Source: an uncultured virus (IMG/VR IMGVR_UViG_3300031974_001836)
Lineage: Duplodnaviria; Heunggongvirae; Uroviricota; Caudoviricetes
Reading direction: 5' to 3' (one strand)
DNA length: 20,000 nucleotides
IMG/VR virus record: IMGVR_UViG_3300031974_001836
Position 1 is the stretch's first letter. The number at the start of each line of letters is the position of its first letter. A program made the position numbers and the translations under genes. Below are positions 1 through 9,196 of this stretch, piece by piece. The notes beneath the pieces were generated by a model. It saw only the letters and a program-made list of their open reading frames with translations. It searched no databases and was not told the origin of the DNA.

Positions 1-1
1 C

Positions 2-3000
2 CTGAATTACACCACCAACGAAAACGATTGCGTTTGCGTCTTGAGTGTAGAAGTCTAGTGCGAATGTAGTCTGTGCACCGTCACCTGCCATAGTTTGACG
101 TTTCGCATTGTTGAACGCCAACTGAGTAGGATCTTGTAGAGACATTCCGTCAAGAGTGTTGTTAACACGTAGTACGTAACCGTTCTTACCGTCGTATGCT
201 GAATCAGATACATCTGCAAGTTCTAATAGAGACTTAGCAGTGTCGATTGAGAATACACCAGTAGAAGAGTTGTATGATACCTTGCCTTCACCAGCAGTGT
301 CTACTAGAGATACTGAAGCACGAGCAAGTGCATCACTGAAGAACTTCTTACTACCCTCTACTAGATCGTCTGTAGAGAACTGAGAGATGTGCTGTGCCGC
401 AAGACCTGCGTCCAACTGACCCTTGTTCACTGCATCTGTTGCTACAGTACCGTTTGCTACACCCTCAACCTTGTTGCCAGACATGTCCAAGTTGCCAGAC
501 ATTGAATCACCTGACTTCTGTACACGACCGTCGATTTGAGTTTGTAGTGCAGTATCTGCCGCAGCGAATTCACCACGGATTGCTGTACCCTGTGCCGCAC
601 GATCAGTAATCTCTTGTGCTAGACCAGAAGCATTTGTAGCAATATCTGTCTGGTTAGTTTGGATTAGAGATAGTAGATCACCGTCTCCAGACTGTAGTGC
701 CGCAACGATCTCTGTTAGAGAATCTAGTGCCGCAGAGTCTGTGTTAGATACGACGAAGTCGATCTGAGACTGTAGTGATGCTTCAACACCTTGTGCACGT
801 GAAGATTCACTTGCAATTGCCTGAGCATTAGTAGTGATTAGATCACCTAGGTCTGACTCAGCACCAGTTGCACGAGCAACCTCACCGTTGATTAGAGTGC
901 GGTTTGCACCTTCAGCAGCGGTAGCACGAGCAATTTCTGCGTCTAGTTGTGACTGTAGGTTGGTAACACCAGAGTTGCGTGTGTTGTCAACCGACTTGAT
1001 TGCCGCATCTAGTTTCGCAGCCGCATCTGCTAGAGATGTAGATGCATCTAGGTAGTTTGTACCTGCTGGTGTGACGTATGTACCATCTGTTGCAAGACCT
1101 GAAGCAAGTTGAGTTGCAGACATTTCTGTCTCAACAACAGTTAGACGTGTGTCTAGTCCGTTGTCCGCAACCTGACGATCATTGATCTCTTGATCGATAC
1201 GACCATCTAGTGCGTCATCTGCGTTCTCACGTAGAGTTGCTTCACCAGCAACGATACCGTCTGCGTATACCTTAGCAGCTGCTTCCGCATTGTTTGCCTT
1301 GGTAGTCGCATCTGAAGCAGCGTTTGAAGCAACAACTGCGTCACGAGCAATGTAGTCTGCCTGATCTGTGATGCGATCTGCACCTAGATCAGCACGGATT
1401 GCTAGGTCACCGTCGATACGTGCTTGGATTTCTGTTGATAGACGATCACTATCTGCATCAGCACGTGCTTCTGCGGCAGTCATACGACCTTCAACTGCGT
1501 CTAGTTCACCGTGAACTTCGTTAACCGCACCAGTAATTGTTTGTGCAGTAGTGTCGAAGTTGCCTGTGCCTAGTTTAGTTTCAAGTGCAAGGATATCACC
1601 TTCGTTGATAGTCAAACGACCATCTTGTAGAGTGTTCTTGCTCTCGACCGCATCCATGCGAGATTCTAGTGAATCCCCACGACCTTCGATCGCATTCATT
1701 TCTGTCTCTAGGACACCGATGCGTGAAGTGTTGTCGTCTGCTTGTGTGTGTAGTTCGTTTACAGCACCAGTAACGTTGTTTGCAACAGTTGCTAGAGTGA
1801 CCACACCCATCTGCGACTGTAATGTATCAACGTGACCTTCTTCTGTAGTCATGCGAGATTCTAGTGAAGTTGCACGACCTTCGACTGCGTCCATCTCACT
1901 CTGTAGAGTGTCGATTTCACCTTCGGCAGTTGTTACACGAGCAGTTAGAGCAGTTAGATCACCTGCTTCTGCACCTAGTTCTTCGTGTAGTTCGTTAACT
2001 GCGTCTGATAGGTTAGTAGCAGTTGTTAGAAGAGTTGCTGAACCCTGCTTAGTTTCTAGTGAAGTTGCACGACCTTCTAGTACAGTTGCACGACCTTCGA
2101 CTGCAGATGCACGTCCCTGTAGGACAGATACGTCTGAATCGTGACCGTCTAAACGACCTTCTGCTACATCCATTTCTGATTGTAGTAGATCAACGTTAGC
2201 TGCTTCAACGTCTAGTTCACCGTGGATCTCGTTGATCGCGTCAGAAACGTTTGTTGCAGTTGTGTGTAGTAGTGCAGAACCCTGCTTAGTTTCTAGGGCA
2301 GTTGCACGACCTTCAACACCACTCAAACGAGTGTTCTGTACGATCTGATCAGAATCTAGACCGTTTAGACGGTTTGTGTGAGCAACGTCTTTCGCTTCTA
2401 GATCAGTAGCACGTAGTTCGACTGCGTCCATTTCTGATTCTAGAGTAGTTAGACGACCACCGTTTGCGTCGATAACACCTTGTAGGTCTGAGTCTGCGTT
2501 TTGGAATGCACTAACGATTTCTGTTAGTGAATCTAGTGCAGCTCCATCTTCGTTAGAAACGATGAAGTCAACACGACCTTCTAGAGTTGTTAGGTCTGTA
2601 CGGATACCAGTTTCGACACCAGTAGCACGAACAATCTCTGCATCCAACTGATTTTGTAGGTCTGTAACGTCACCTGATTGTAGATTTTGTAGAGCAAGGA
2701 TATCTGAATCGTTTGCAGTAACTTGTGCCTGAACACTATCTACGTCAGTACGTAGACCAGCTTCGATACCTTCAGCACGTGTCTGTTCTGCATCGATGTT
2801 GCCTTGTAGGACACCTTCTGCGGCAGTTGCACGGTTAACTTCAGCAGTGATTTGTGCTTGGTTGTCTGCGTGATCAGTTGCTTGTAGTACTTGTAGAGCA
2901 AGGATATCAGAATCGTTTGCTGTAATTTGTGCTTGGTTAGAGTCGACATCGGTACGTAGACCTGATTCGATTCCAGTAGCACGAGTGATCTCTGCGGCAA

Positions 3001-5437
3001 GACCGTCTGCGTTAACCTGCTCTGCGGCAGATGCACGGACGATTTCTGCATCGATCTGATCTTGTAGGTCTTGTACGTCTGATCCGACTAGACCTTGTAG
3101 AGCAAGGATGTCTGAATCGTTCGAAGTAACCTGAGACTGTAGAGAGTCTGCTGTTGACTGTAGACCTGCCTCAACACCTGAAGCACGTACAACTTCTGCT
3201 AGGATTGCCGCATTTAGATCGGAATCTGCTTCGTTGAAGTCTGCTTCTACTGTATCTAAACGGTTGCTTAGACCCTGTTCAGCTGCCTGTGCACGTGCAA
3301 CTTCTGTGTTGATCGCACCTAGGTTAGAAGAGATGTTTGAGATGTTTGTGTTGATGTCTGTGCGAAGTACTGATTCAGCAGCTTCTGCACGTTGACGTTC
3401 TGTAACAACTGCTTGTGCGTTAGTTTGCTCTGCAGTTGATGCACGAGTAACCTCTGCTGTGATCTGTGCTTGTAGATCGTCAACATCGATTGTAGTGTTA
3501 CTGCTAAGTGCGTTGACCTGTGCTTGTAGGTCTGAGTCACCAGATGCACGTGCAACTTCTTCTGCACGTAGATCGACTTCGTTTTGAGCAGCTAGTGCTT
3601 CAACGTCATCCATCTCACCTTCTAGTACTGTTGTACGTAGAGATAGTGCTTCCTCTGCAGCTTCTGCACGTGCCTTTTCGACATCGTGTAGAGTCTGTGC
3701 AAAGTTAGTTGCTTGTGTCTTAGCAGTTGCGATACGTGCTGTAATTGTGTTACCAGCAGTTCCGTCAACTGAAGCATCACCGATAAGAGCAGTGTCTTGT
3801 GCGTCTGCGTGTGCAATCGCAACTGCTTGGTGTGCGTCTGCTTCTTGGTCAGTGTATGCTTTTGCTTGTGCAAGTACGTCGTCTGTAGAGACGTTTAGAT
3901 CAAGTTCTAGTGCGTCGATCTGAGACTGTAGACCTGCGTCTGCAGTTGAACGAGTTGATGCCTCTGCGTCGATGTTGCCCTGTAGGACAGAATCAGCAGA
4001 TGCACGAGTTGATGCTTCGTTCGAGATTGCAGTAGTGTTAGAAGAAATCAATGCAGACATGTCTGAATCAGCAGACTGGAATGCATCAACGATTTCTGTT
4101 AGTGAGTCTAGTGCTGCAGGATCAGTGTTGTTAGTGATGAAGTCAACTTGTGATTGTAGACCTGCTTCAACACCTTCAGCACGTGCTTTTTCTGTAGCAA
4201 CTTCTGCTGAGTTAGCAACGTCACCAGCAAGACGATCAGCAATTTCTTGATCGATACGAGCACCTAGATCTGAGTCACCTGCGATACGAGCAGCGTTCTC
4301 GATAGCAACATTGCTGTTTGCTTCGACGATTGCTTCTGCTTTTGCAGTTGCGATACGATCTGTGATAGTGTTGCTTGTAGTACCATCAACAGTTGCATCA
4401 CCGATCATTAGAGCATCTTGTGCTTCAGCATGTGCCTTAGCATCTGCTTCTGCTTGAACGATGTCTGCACCTAGATCAGTACGAACCTGTGTATCAGCAA
4501 CAGCACGAGCAACGATCTCATCTGAGATGTTTGATGCGTTCGCAGCTTCTGCCGCAGTTGCACGAGAAACTTCGTCTGCAAGATCTTGTGCGATCGCAGA
4601 TTCTGCGTTAGATGCACGAGTAACTTCTGCGTCGATTTGAGACTGTAGAGAACCAGACTTAGTCTCTTCTGTAGTCAAACGAGCAGATAGAGCATTGTCT
4701 GCCGCAATACGGGCAGTCTCTTCTGCACCGATTAGACCAGCAAGTGAAGACTCTGCAGATTGTGCACGTGAGATCTCTGTAGTAACACGATCATCAATTG
4801 CTTGTTCTGATTGAGTCGCACGAGTGACTTCGTTTGTGATAGCAGTGCTGTTTGCGATGATTGATGCAGATAGGACATCGTCCGCTGATTCAAATGCCGC
4901 AATGATTTCTGCAAACGAGTCTAGTGCTTCTGGACTTGTGTTGTTTAGGATGTTATCGATACGAGTCGATAGTGTAGAATCAGCTGCTTGGTAAGCAGTT
5001 TCGATTGCGTTCTCACGAGCAATTGCACGGGTTTCTTCTGCCGTGATGTTTGCTTGTAGAGTAACGTCTGCCGATGAACGAGTAGATGCTTCTGCGTCGA
5101 TGTTTGATTGTAGTAGAGTCTCTGCCGCAACTGCACGGTTTGTTTCTACTAGAACATCTGCGTCAATCTGCGCAGCGACATCTGTATTAGCACGATCAGC
5201 GGTATAGTATAGGTTAGAACCTTCCGCTAGGTCAGACGTGCTGAACGAAGCGAAGAACTGGTCTGCACCAATCTTCTTTAGTGAGTCAGAACCCACATCG
5301 TAAAGAAGAGTAAAGCAGTCCGCAGGATTTACCATACCTTGAAGGGTTGATTGTCCCTGTACCGCACTTTCGTCAAGTTTGGTATTGATTACCGCCTTGT
5401 CCGCTAGTGCAGGGGATTTAATCTGCCTAAATGCCAT
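2..5437 (-). CDS. Very long segmented coiled-coil virion fibre (fibritin/tail-fibre-like), >=1812 aa, 3' end outside the window
   Basis: Not in the ORF track because there is no stop in the window. ATG at 5437 follows an AGGAGA RBS and begins MAFRQIKSPALADKAVINTKLD. The same frame is still open at the left edge (...GDGAQTTFALDFYTQDANAIVFVGGVIQ). I translated both ends and several internal segments, not every codon. Contains Ala/Glu/Arg heptads (E..RA..AE..L...I), four LDS[LF].EI..A[FL] motifs, four A[VI]NE[LIV]H motifs and a YadA-like neck (KVEGVANGTVATDAVNKGQLD, about 415-490). Confidence 0.88.
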   Translation of the reverse strand, partial: MAFRQIKSPALADKAVINTKLDESAVQGQSTLQGMVNPADCFTLLYDVGSDSLKKIGADQFFASFSTSDLAEGSNLYYTADRANTDVAAQIDADVLVETNRAVAAETLLQSNIDAEASTRSSADVTLQANITAEETRAIARENAIETAYQAADSTLSTRIDNILNNTSPEALDSFAEIIAAFESADDVLSASIIANSTAITNEVTRATQSEQAIDDRVTTEISRAQSAESSLAGLIGAEETARIAADNALSARLTTEETKSGSLQSQIDAEVTRASNAESAIAQDLADEVSRATAAEAANASNISDEIVARAVADTQVRTDLGADIVQAEADAKAHAEAQDALMIGDATVDGTTSNTITDRIATAKAEAIVEANSNVAIENAARIAGDSDLGARIDQEIADRLAGDVANSAEVATEKARAEGVEAGLQSQVDFITNNTDPAALDSLTEIVDAFQSADSDMSALISSNTTAISNEASTRASADSVLQGNIDAEASTRSTADAGLQSQIDALELDLNVSTDDVLAQAKAYTDQEADAHQAVAIAHADAQDTALIGDASVDGTAGNTITARIATAKTQATNFAQTLHDVEKARAEAAEEALSLRTTVLEGEMDDVEALAAQNEVDLRAEEVARASGDSDLQAQVNALSSNTTIDVDDLQAQITAEVTRASTAEQTNAQAVVTERQRAEAAESVLRTDINTNISNISSNLGAINTEVARAQAAEQGLSNRLDTVEADFNEADSDLNAAILAEVVRASGVEAGLQSTADSLQSQVTSNDSDILALQGLVGSDVQDLQDQIDAEIVRASAAEQVNADGLAAEITRATGIESGLRTDVDSNQAQITANDSDILALQVLQATDHADNQAQITAEVNRATAAEGVLQGNIDAEQTRAEGIEAGLRTDVDSVQAQVTANDSDILALQNLQSGDVTDLQNQLDAEIVRATGVETGIRTDLTTLEGRVDFIVSNEDGAALDSLTEIVSAFQNADSDLQGVIDANGGRLTTLESEMDAVELRATDLEAKDVAHTNRLNGLDSDQIVQNTRLSGVEGRATALETKQGSALLHTTATNVSDAINEIHGELDVEAANVDLLQSEMDVAEGRLDGHDSDVSVLQGRASAVEGRATVLEGRATSLETKQGSATLLTTATNLSDAVNELHEELGAEAGDLTALTARVTTAEGEIDTLQSEMDAVEGRATSLESRMTTEEGHVDTLQSQMGVVTLATVANNVTGAVNELHTQADDNTSRIGVLETEMNAIEGRGDSLESRMDAVESKNTLQDGRLTINEGDILALETKLGTGNFDTTAQTITGAVNEVHGELDAVEGRMTAAEARADADSDRLSTEIQARIDGDLAIRADLGADRITDQADYIARDAVVASNAASDATTKANNAEAAAKVYADGIVAGEATLRENADDALDGRIDQEINDRQVADNGLDTRLTVVETEMSATQLASGLATDGTYVTPAGTNYLDASTSLADAAAKLDAAIKSVDNTRNSGVTNLQSQLDAEIARATAAEGANRTLINGEVARATGAESDLGDLITTNAQAIASESSRAQGVEASLQSQIDFVVSNTDSAALDSLTEIVAALQSGDGDLLSLIQTNQTDIATNASGLAQEITDRAAQGTAIRGEFAAADTALQTQIDGRVQKSGDSMSGNLDMSGNKVEGVANGTVATDAVNKGQLDAGLAAQHISQFSTDDLVEGSKKFFSDALARASVSLVDTAGEGKVSYNSSTGVFSIDTAKSLLELADVSDSAYDGKNGYVLRVNNTLDGMSLQDPTQLAFNNAKRQTMAGDGAQTTFALDFYTQDANAIVFVGGVIQ

Positions 5438-5490
5438 TAGGTTATCTCCTAGTTGGTTAGTGTTTTTTGGATTAAACGTTTAATAATATA

Positions 5491-5850
5491 CTAACGAAAT
5501 TTAATGTAGATGTCCGTACCTTGCGGTGGGATCTCAAAAAATTGTATAGTATCTCCAGCGGTTTCATATACTTCTTCAGGATGTTGAAGTACATCATTGA
5601 CCCATACATCAATTAAGTCATCACGTGCTGGAGTACCATTCAATGTGAAGATTGCTGTGTCTCCGGGAGCAATGAATGCCTGTGCTTCTGGAATCACAGT
5701 TCTGTCATTTGTTGATGATGAAGTACCTTCGATAAGTTCGAATAGTTGAGATTCTTGACCAGGGGTTGCTGAAACTTCGTCTTGCTTTTGTTTTGCTAGA
5801 TTGAAAAGACTTTCGGCAAGTACCCTGTTAAAGGACTTATTATTGATCAT
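5491..5850 (-). CDS. Small virion structural protein with a beta-sandwich module (GD...F.L...V.VN.VLQ.P...Y...I.F...P..G)
   Basis: 119-aa ORF directly downstream of a late promoter. Its C-terminal module resembles the one at the end of the 2..5437 ORF and the one in the 292-aa ORF. Confidence 0.75.
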   Translation of the reverse strand: MINNKSFNRVLAESLFNLAKQKQDEVSATPGQESQLFELIEGTSSSTNDRTVIPEAQAFIAPGDTAIFTLNGTPARDDLIDVWVNDVLQHPEEVYETAGDTIQFFEIPPQGTDIYIKFR

Positions 5851-5886
5851 ATCGTGGAATACTAAGGATGGTTAATATACTGTTTT

Positions 5887-5894
5887 TATTTATA
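5887..5894 (-). promoter_or_regulatory. T4-type late promoter TATAAATA
   Basis: Exact consensus on the minus strand, intergenic, about 37 nt upstream of the ATG at 5850. Confidence 0.85.
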
Positions 5895-5923
5895 CTAAAA
5901 ACGAGTTTAACCGATTGATTTTT

Positions 5924-6802
5924 TTACTGTCGGAACTGTAGTAGTTCCTGAAGTAACTCCGTAACATCCTGTAGATCACTGTCTAGTGCATCAATACGAG
6001 CATTGAGTGCATCGACATCGACTTGGTTTGCAACGGGTAGACCATTTAATAAGTAGTTACCAATAAGTTGTACACCCATATCGTCCATGATAAATCTGTC
6101 ATCATTTTGATACTGTATCTTGAACTGACTGTCATTGAAACCCAAATGCTTCATGACGGTGTCAGTACCATTATGATAGAATCGAGTTTCCTCGTTGGTG
6201 CCTACAATAAAGGCAAAGTGGTCATCTAAGATTAGGTCGTTTCCAAAAGAAACACCTGTTGAGTTGTATGCGGCAACCTGAACAACCTGTTCATCGCCTA
6301 CCACATGAGTTAGGGTTATTGAAACCCCGTCGTCTGCAACGTAGTCTATTCCTTGATGGAGTAAGACACCGTTCAGATATACTTGAATTCGAGATGGGCT
6401 GTTAGGGTCTGGATCGTACTGTAGTACGTTACCCTTATCGTCTGCACCTGATACAACTTCTAAAGTCCCATCGGATGTATAGATGTATGCATTAAACGTA
6501 GTGGTCGCAGATAGGTTTCCATCACCTACTGCTCCAATCTCTACGATGGATTGTACACCACCGTCATATTCACGTTTAATATAGAGTTTACCGTCCTGAG
6601 TATTTATGCCAATCTCACCCAGTTTTAACTCATCAATACTGGGAATATCACCAAGACCATCAAAAGTCTTAATATTACCACCGATATCTTGAGCAACGGT
6701 ATTAATAGGACGACCTACGGTAATCCTTTTTACCTGAGTACCAGAACCAAATCCATTGACTCCAGTTACTCCAATTATTCCCCCGACCTTTCTTATTGGC
6801 AT
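5924..6802 (-). CDS. Tail-fibre-associated structural protein
   Basis: 292 aa. Has an LKLGEIGINTQDGKLYIK motif like the N-termini of T4-like fibre proteins, an IQVYLNGVLL..G.DY module, and a C-terminal heptad segment. Confidence 0.7.
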   Translation of the reverse strand: MPIRKVGGIIGVTGVNGFGSGTQVKRITVGRPINTVAQDIGGNIKTFDGLGDIPSIDELKLGEIGINTQDGKLYIKREYDGGVQSIVEIGAVGDGNLSATTTFNAYIYTSDGTLEVVSGADDKGNVLQYDPDPNSPSRIQVYLNGVLLHQGIDYVADDGVSITLTHVVGDEQVVQVAAYNSTGVSFGNDLILDDHFAFIVGTNEETRFYHNGTDTVMKHLGFNDSQFKIQYQNDDRFIMDDMGVQLIGNYLLNGLPVANQVDVDALNARIDALDSDLQDVTELLQELLQFRQ

Positions 6803-6806
6803 GTCG

Positions 6807-7163
6807 TTACCTCGTGACCGAAGGGTTGACTTTTATCTTACCTTCTAGTATTCTTTCTATAATGGTATGACCTTCTTCATCAACGAAACTGATCTCAACA
6901 TCATAGACGTATCTACCACGAGTGGATAGAGCATCGGTCTGTAGGTTAGTTAGGGATAATGTGACGACACCTTCCAGTGCTGGAGTAGGTATTACAGCAG
7001 TAAAGTCGATCGACTCTGTACTCCTGTATGTCTTTTTCATTTTGGCAGCTGCTGTATAACCAGTTAGATCTTTTTTAGATCCATCGGGATTCACTAACTC
7101 TAATTGTAGAGCTAGGTCCGCACCCTGATCAATTGTGAAATCTTCGTAAGTTGCCATAGTCAT
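6807..7163 (-). CDS. Conserved T4-like virion structural protein (BppU-N-like beta-sandwich)
   Basis: Pattern IDQGAD...DLTGYTA.A.M.K...G.VTLSLT..QT..L..GRYVYDVEI...RILEG...V.P.VTR. The start is probably the ATG at 7163 or 7157, not the TTG at 7166. Confidence 0.75.
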   Translation of the reverse strand: MTMATYEDFTIDQGADLALQLELVNPDGSKKDLTGYTAAAKMKKTYRSTESIDFTAVIPTPALEGVVTLSLTNLQTDALSTRGRYVYDVEISFVDEEGHTIIERILEGKIKVNPSVTR

Positions 7164-7194
7164 CAAGACCCTAAGTGTATAAACGTTCTGTGAC

Positions 7195-7202
7195 TATTTA
7201 TA
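7195..7202 (-). promoter_or_regulatory. T4-type late promoter TATAAATA inside an inverted repeat
   Basis: Exact consensus, intergenic. Repeat arms are 7168-7183 and 7197-7213. Confidence 0.85.
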
Positions 7203-7228
7203 CAACTTAGGGTACGTGATATTTTGCT

Positions 7229-7936
7229 TTATTCTGAAGAGATGTCTTCTAAGACCATCTCACGGAAGTCTGCAGATGCTTCCGACCAGTCGAACACATA
7301 AGAAACTGTAACTCTCCACTCATCTTCTGAAGATGCAGCGTGATACAGTACATTCTCTGGTTCGTTGTATGGTCCAAAGTATGCAGCCTTACAAGTCCAT
7401 TGCCCTGGTTTGTCCTGACAACGAATCACCTCTTTAGTTTCTGGGTGAATATAGTCGAACCAACCTGTGCCGTTCTCTGTGTAAGAGAAGACTAGGTTGT
7501 AGCCTGGTGCATTGGCATTGTTGTGCCATGAGATAAATCCACCCGGTGGGTAGATTGCCGCAAGTGCGTTGTGCTTAACTGACAAGAAGTTCATCATCTT
7601 GGCATTAAGATCACGCAACATGTGCGTGAAGTCACGTTTGAATACTGGATCGGCATCTTTCTCAAAGATCATGTGAGACTTTTCTGATAGTTTAAAGTTG
7701 TAACCTACCATCTCATCTGGGAAACCTTCGTGCTTAGTGCCCTGATTGACAATCTCCTGCATGTACTTCTCACCAACGTAGTATGGACGTTGACGTTTGT
7801 GTTGCGCAGAATTTAGGTGCACGTTCTCTTTGAATCCCGCAATGGTATGCAACTTTGCGTACTGGTTTAGAATCTCAAGCAGCTCTGGATTTTTGACATC
7901 CACGTGCTTCAGATATTTGTCGTTTACCTGTGTCAT
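7229..7936 (-). CDS. Putative 2OG-Fe(II) oxygenase-like (double-stranded beta-helix) protein
   Basis: 235 aa with YPPGGFISWHNN...LYHAASSEDEWRVTVSY, matching the Y..G....H.x...H.......R layout. It has HxN where HxD is canonical. Confidence 0.6.
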   Translation of the reverse strand: MTQVNDKYLKHVDVKNPELLEILNQYAKLHTIAGFKENVHLNSAQHKRQRPYYVGEKYMQEIVNQGTKHEGFPDEMVGYNFKLSEKSHMIFEKDADPVFKRDFTHMLRDLNAKMMNFLSVKHNALAAIYPPGGFISWHNNANAPGYNLVFSYTENGTGWFDYIHPETKEVIRCQDKPGQWTCKAAYFGPYNEPENVLYHAASSEDEWRVTVSYVFDWSEASADFREMVLEDISSE

Positions 7937-8670
7937 ACGATTGGTTTATCCTTGTTAAGACCAGCAGAGAAGTGTCGTAAGATCACTGGCCCTGTGTCTG
8001 GTTTTGTTATTGCCCAATTAAGTGCGTTATAGTAGTTCCACCTTAGATCGTCATCAAAGATTCCAACCTTAAGGTCTTTGTACTTTTCCTCTTTCTCTAC
8101 TAACCACCAGAGTGAGAACTGGTCCCAAGACTTGAGACTATCAGCATATCCCTCTGGCCACCATGTATCATTCATCTGTCTGTATGTCAAATCCCACCAG
8201 TCTTGCATGAACTCACGCACGATTGGTTTGGTCATATCATATAGACAGACACCACCACATAGTGTGAACTTAGAAACACCCTCTGGGGTGTCGAAGTCAC
8301 GTTCTGCGTAGATGTAATCACGATCATCTGTTAACGCAGAAAAAACCATGTCATGGTCTTTCATTTCATCCCAAACTTTAACGATGTCTTCGTGTTCGCA
8401 TTCCATGTCTGCGTCGATGTACATCGTTAGATCATATGGAGATTTTGCCATGCCCCATAATTTGGCACGGTAGTGGTCGTCACAAAAGATAATATCATCT
8501 GCTACATCTCTGCCACGGTCATCTAAGAACTGCTCTTCGGTGACTAGGCAAATCTTACATTCATCTTCCGGTTCGTAAAAGTCTCGGATCGACTCTGCTA
8601 GATTGATTGCATACAGATAAAAATTGCGTTTCTTCGACGCAACGATAACAAAACCTTTACTCTTTTCCAT
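7933..8670 (-). CDS. Putative GT-A fold glycosyltransferase (nucleotide-diphospho-sugar transferase / GT8-like)
   Basis: 245 aa with K...M..SPYD.TMYIDAD (DxD motif), CGGVCLY, WDQ, WN and a C-terminal ILRHF. Overlaps both neighbouring genes. Confidence 0.75.
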   Translation of the reverse strand: MEKSKGFVIVASKKRNFYLYAINLAESIRDFYEPEDECKICLVTEEQFLDDRGRDVADDIIFCDDHYRAKLWGMAKSPYDLTMYIDADMECEHEDIVKVWDEMKDHDMVFSALTDDRDYIYAERDFDTPEGVSKFTLCGGVCLYDMTKPIVREFMQDWWDLTYRQMNDTWWPEGYADSLKSWDQFSLWWLVEKEEKYKDLKVGIFDDDLRWNYYNALNWAITKPDTGPVILRHFSAGLNKDKPIV

Positions 8671-9116
8671 TACTCGGCCTCTAGTTGTTCTTGCAGAATC
8701 ATGATCGAGTACATATCGACTTCGATCTTAGATTTGGCACGACGTAGTTTTGCCTTTAGTTTGCGGTTCTTAGAGTTCTTGATTTCATCCACCTCAAATG
8801 CTTCCAACTTGTAGTTAAATAACTTCTCAAGTTTTCGTGCTTTGTTGTGTTCTTCCTCACGAATTTTATCTTCTTCTGCTTCTGCCTTTTTGCGTTCGAC
8901 TCGATCAGTAGTTTCTTGATCGATTCGTTCTTCACCTAAAGCCTCGACAACCTCATTAAACAGTTCGTTTTCATTGCCATCTTTATCATGCCGACGCAGA
9001 AACATTTGTTGATGCGTTACACGACCAACATCATCTTCAAGTTCTAGGATACAGTTCAGTTCTTTCTTTTCGTCTGTTTCCCAGAACGCATTATCCATCC
9101 ATTGTTTACGACTCAT
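8670..9116 (-). CDS. Hypothetical protein, charged and helical C-terminal half (148 aa)
   Basis: ATG at 9116 has a GGAG RBS 6 nt upstream, so it is preferred over the TTG at 9128. Its stop overlaps the glycosyltransferase start. Confidence 0.75.
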   Translation of the reverse strand: MSRKQWMDNAFWETDEKKELNCILELEDDVGRVTHQQMFLRRHDKDGNENELFNEVVEALGEERIDQETTDRVERKKAEAEEDKIREEEHNKARKLEKLFNYKLEAFEVDEIKNSKNRKLKAKLRRAKSKIEVDMYSIMILQEQLEAE

Positions 9117-9159
9117 TAATATCTCCAAAGAGTTCAGTTCAATTCAACTGTATATATGC

Positions 9160-9190
9160 AAAAAATAGTGGGGCAGAAATCCACCCCACT
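9160..9190 (-). terminator. Rho-independent terminator after the 1571-aa fibre gene
   Basis: Minus strand reads AGTGGGGTGG-ATTT-CTGCCCCACT-ATTTTTT: a 10-bp stem with 2 G-U pairs followed by a U tract. Confidence 0.85.
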
Positions 9191-9196
9191 TTGCAT

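Noticed and set aside
394..5136. Many short ORFs on both strands listed in the ORF track
   Set aside because: They are antisense or off-frame shadows of the single long minus-strand CDS 2..5437.
9151..9158. CATATATA on the minus strand as a fourth late promoter
   Set aside because: It has two mismatches to TATAAATA, whereas the other three sites are exact. Not supportable from sequence alone.
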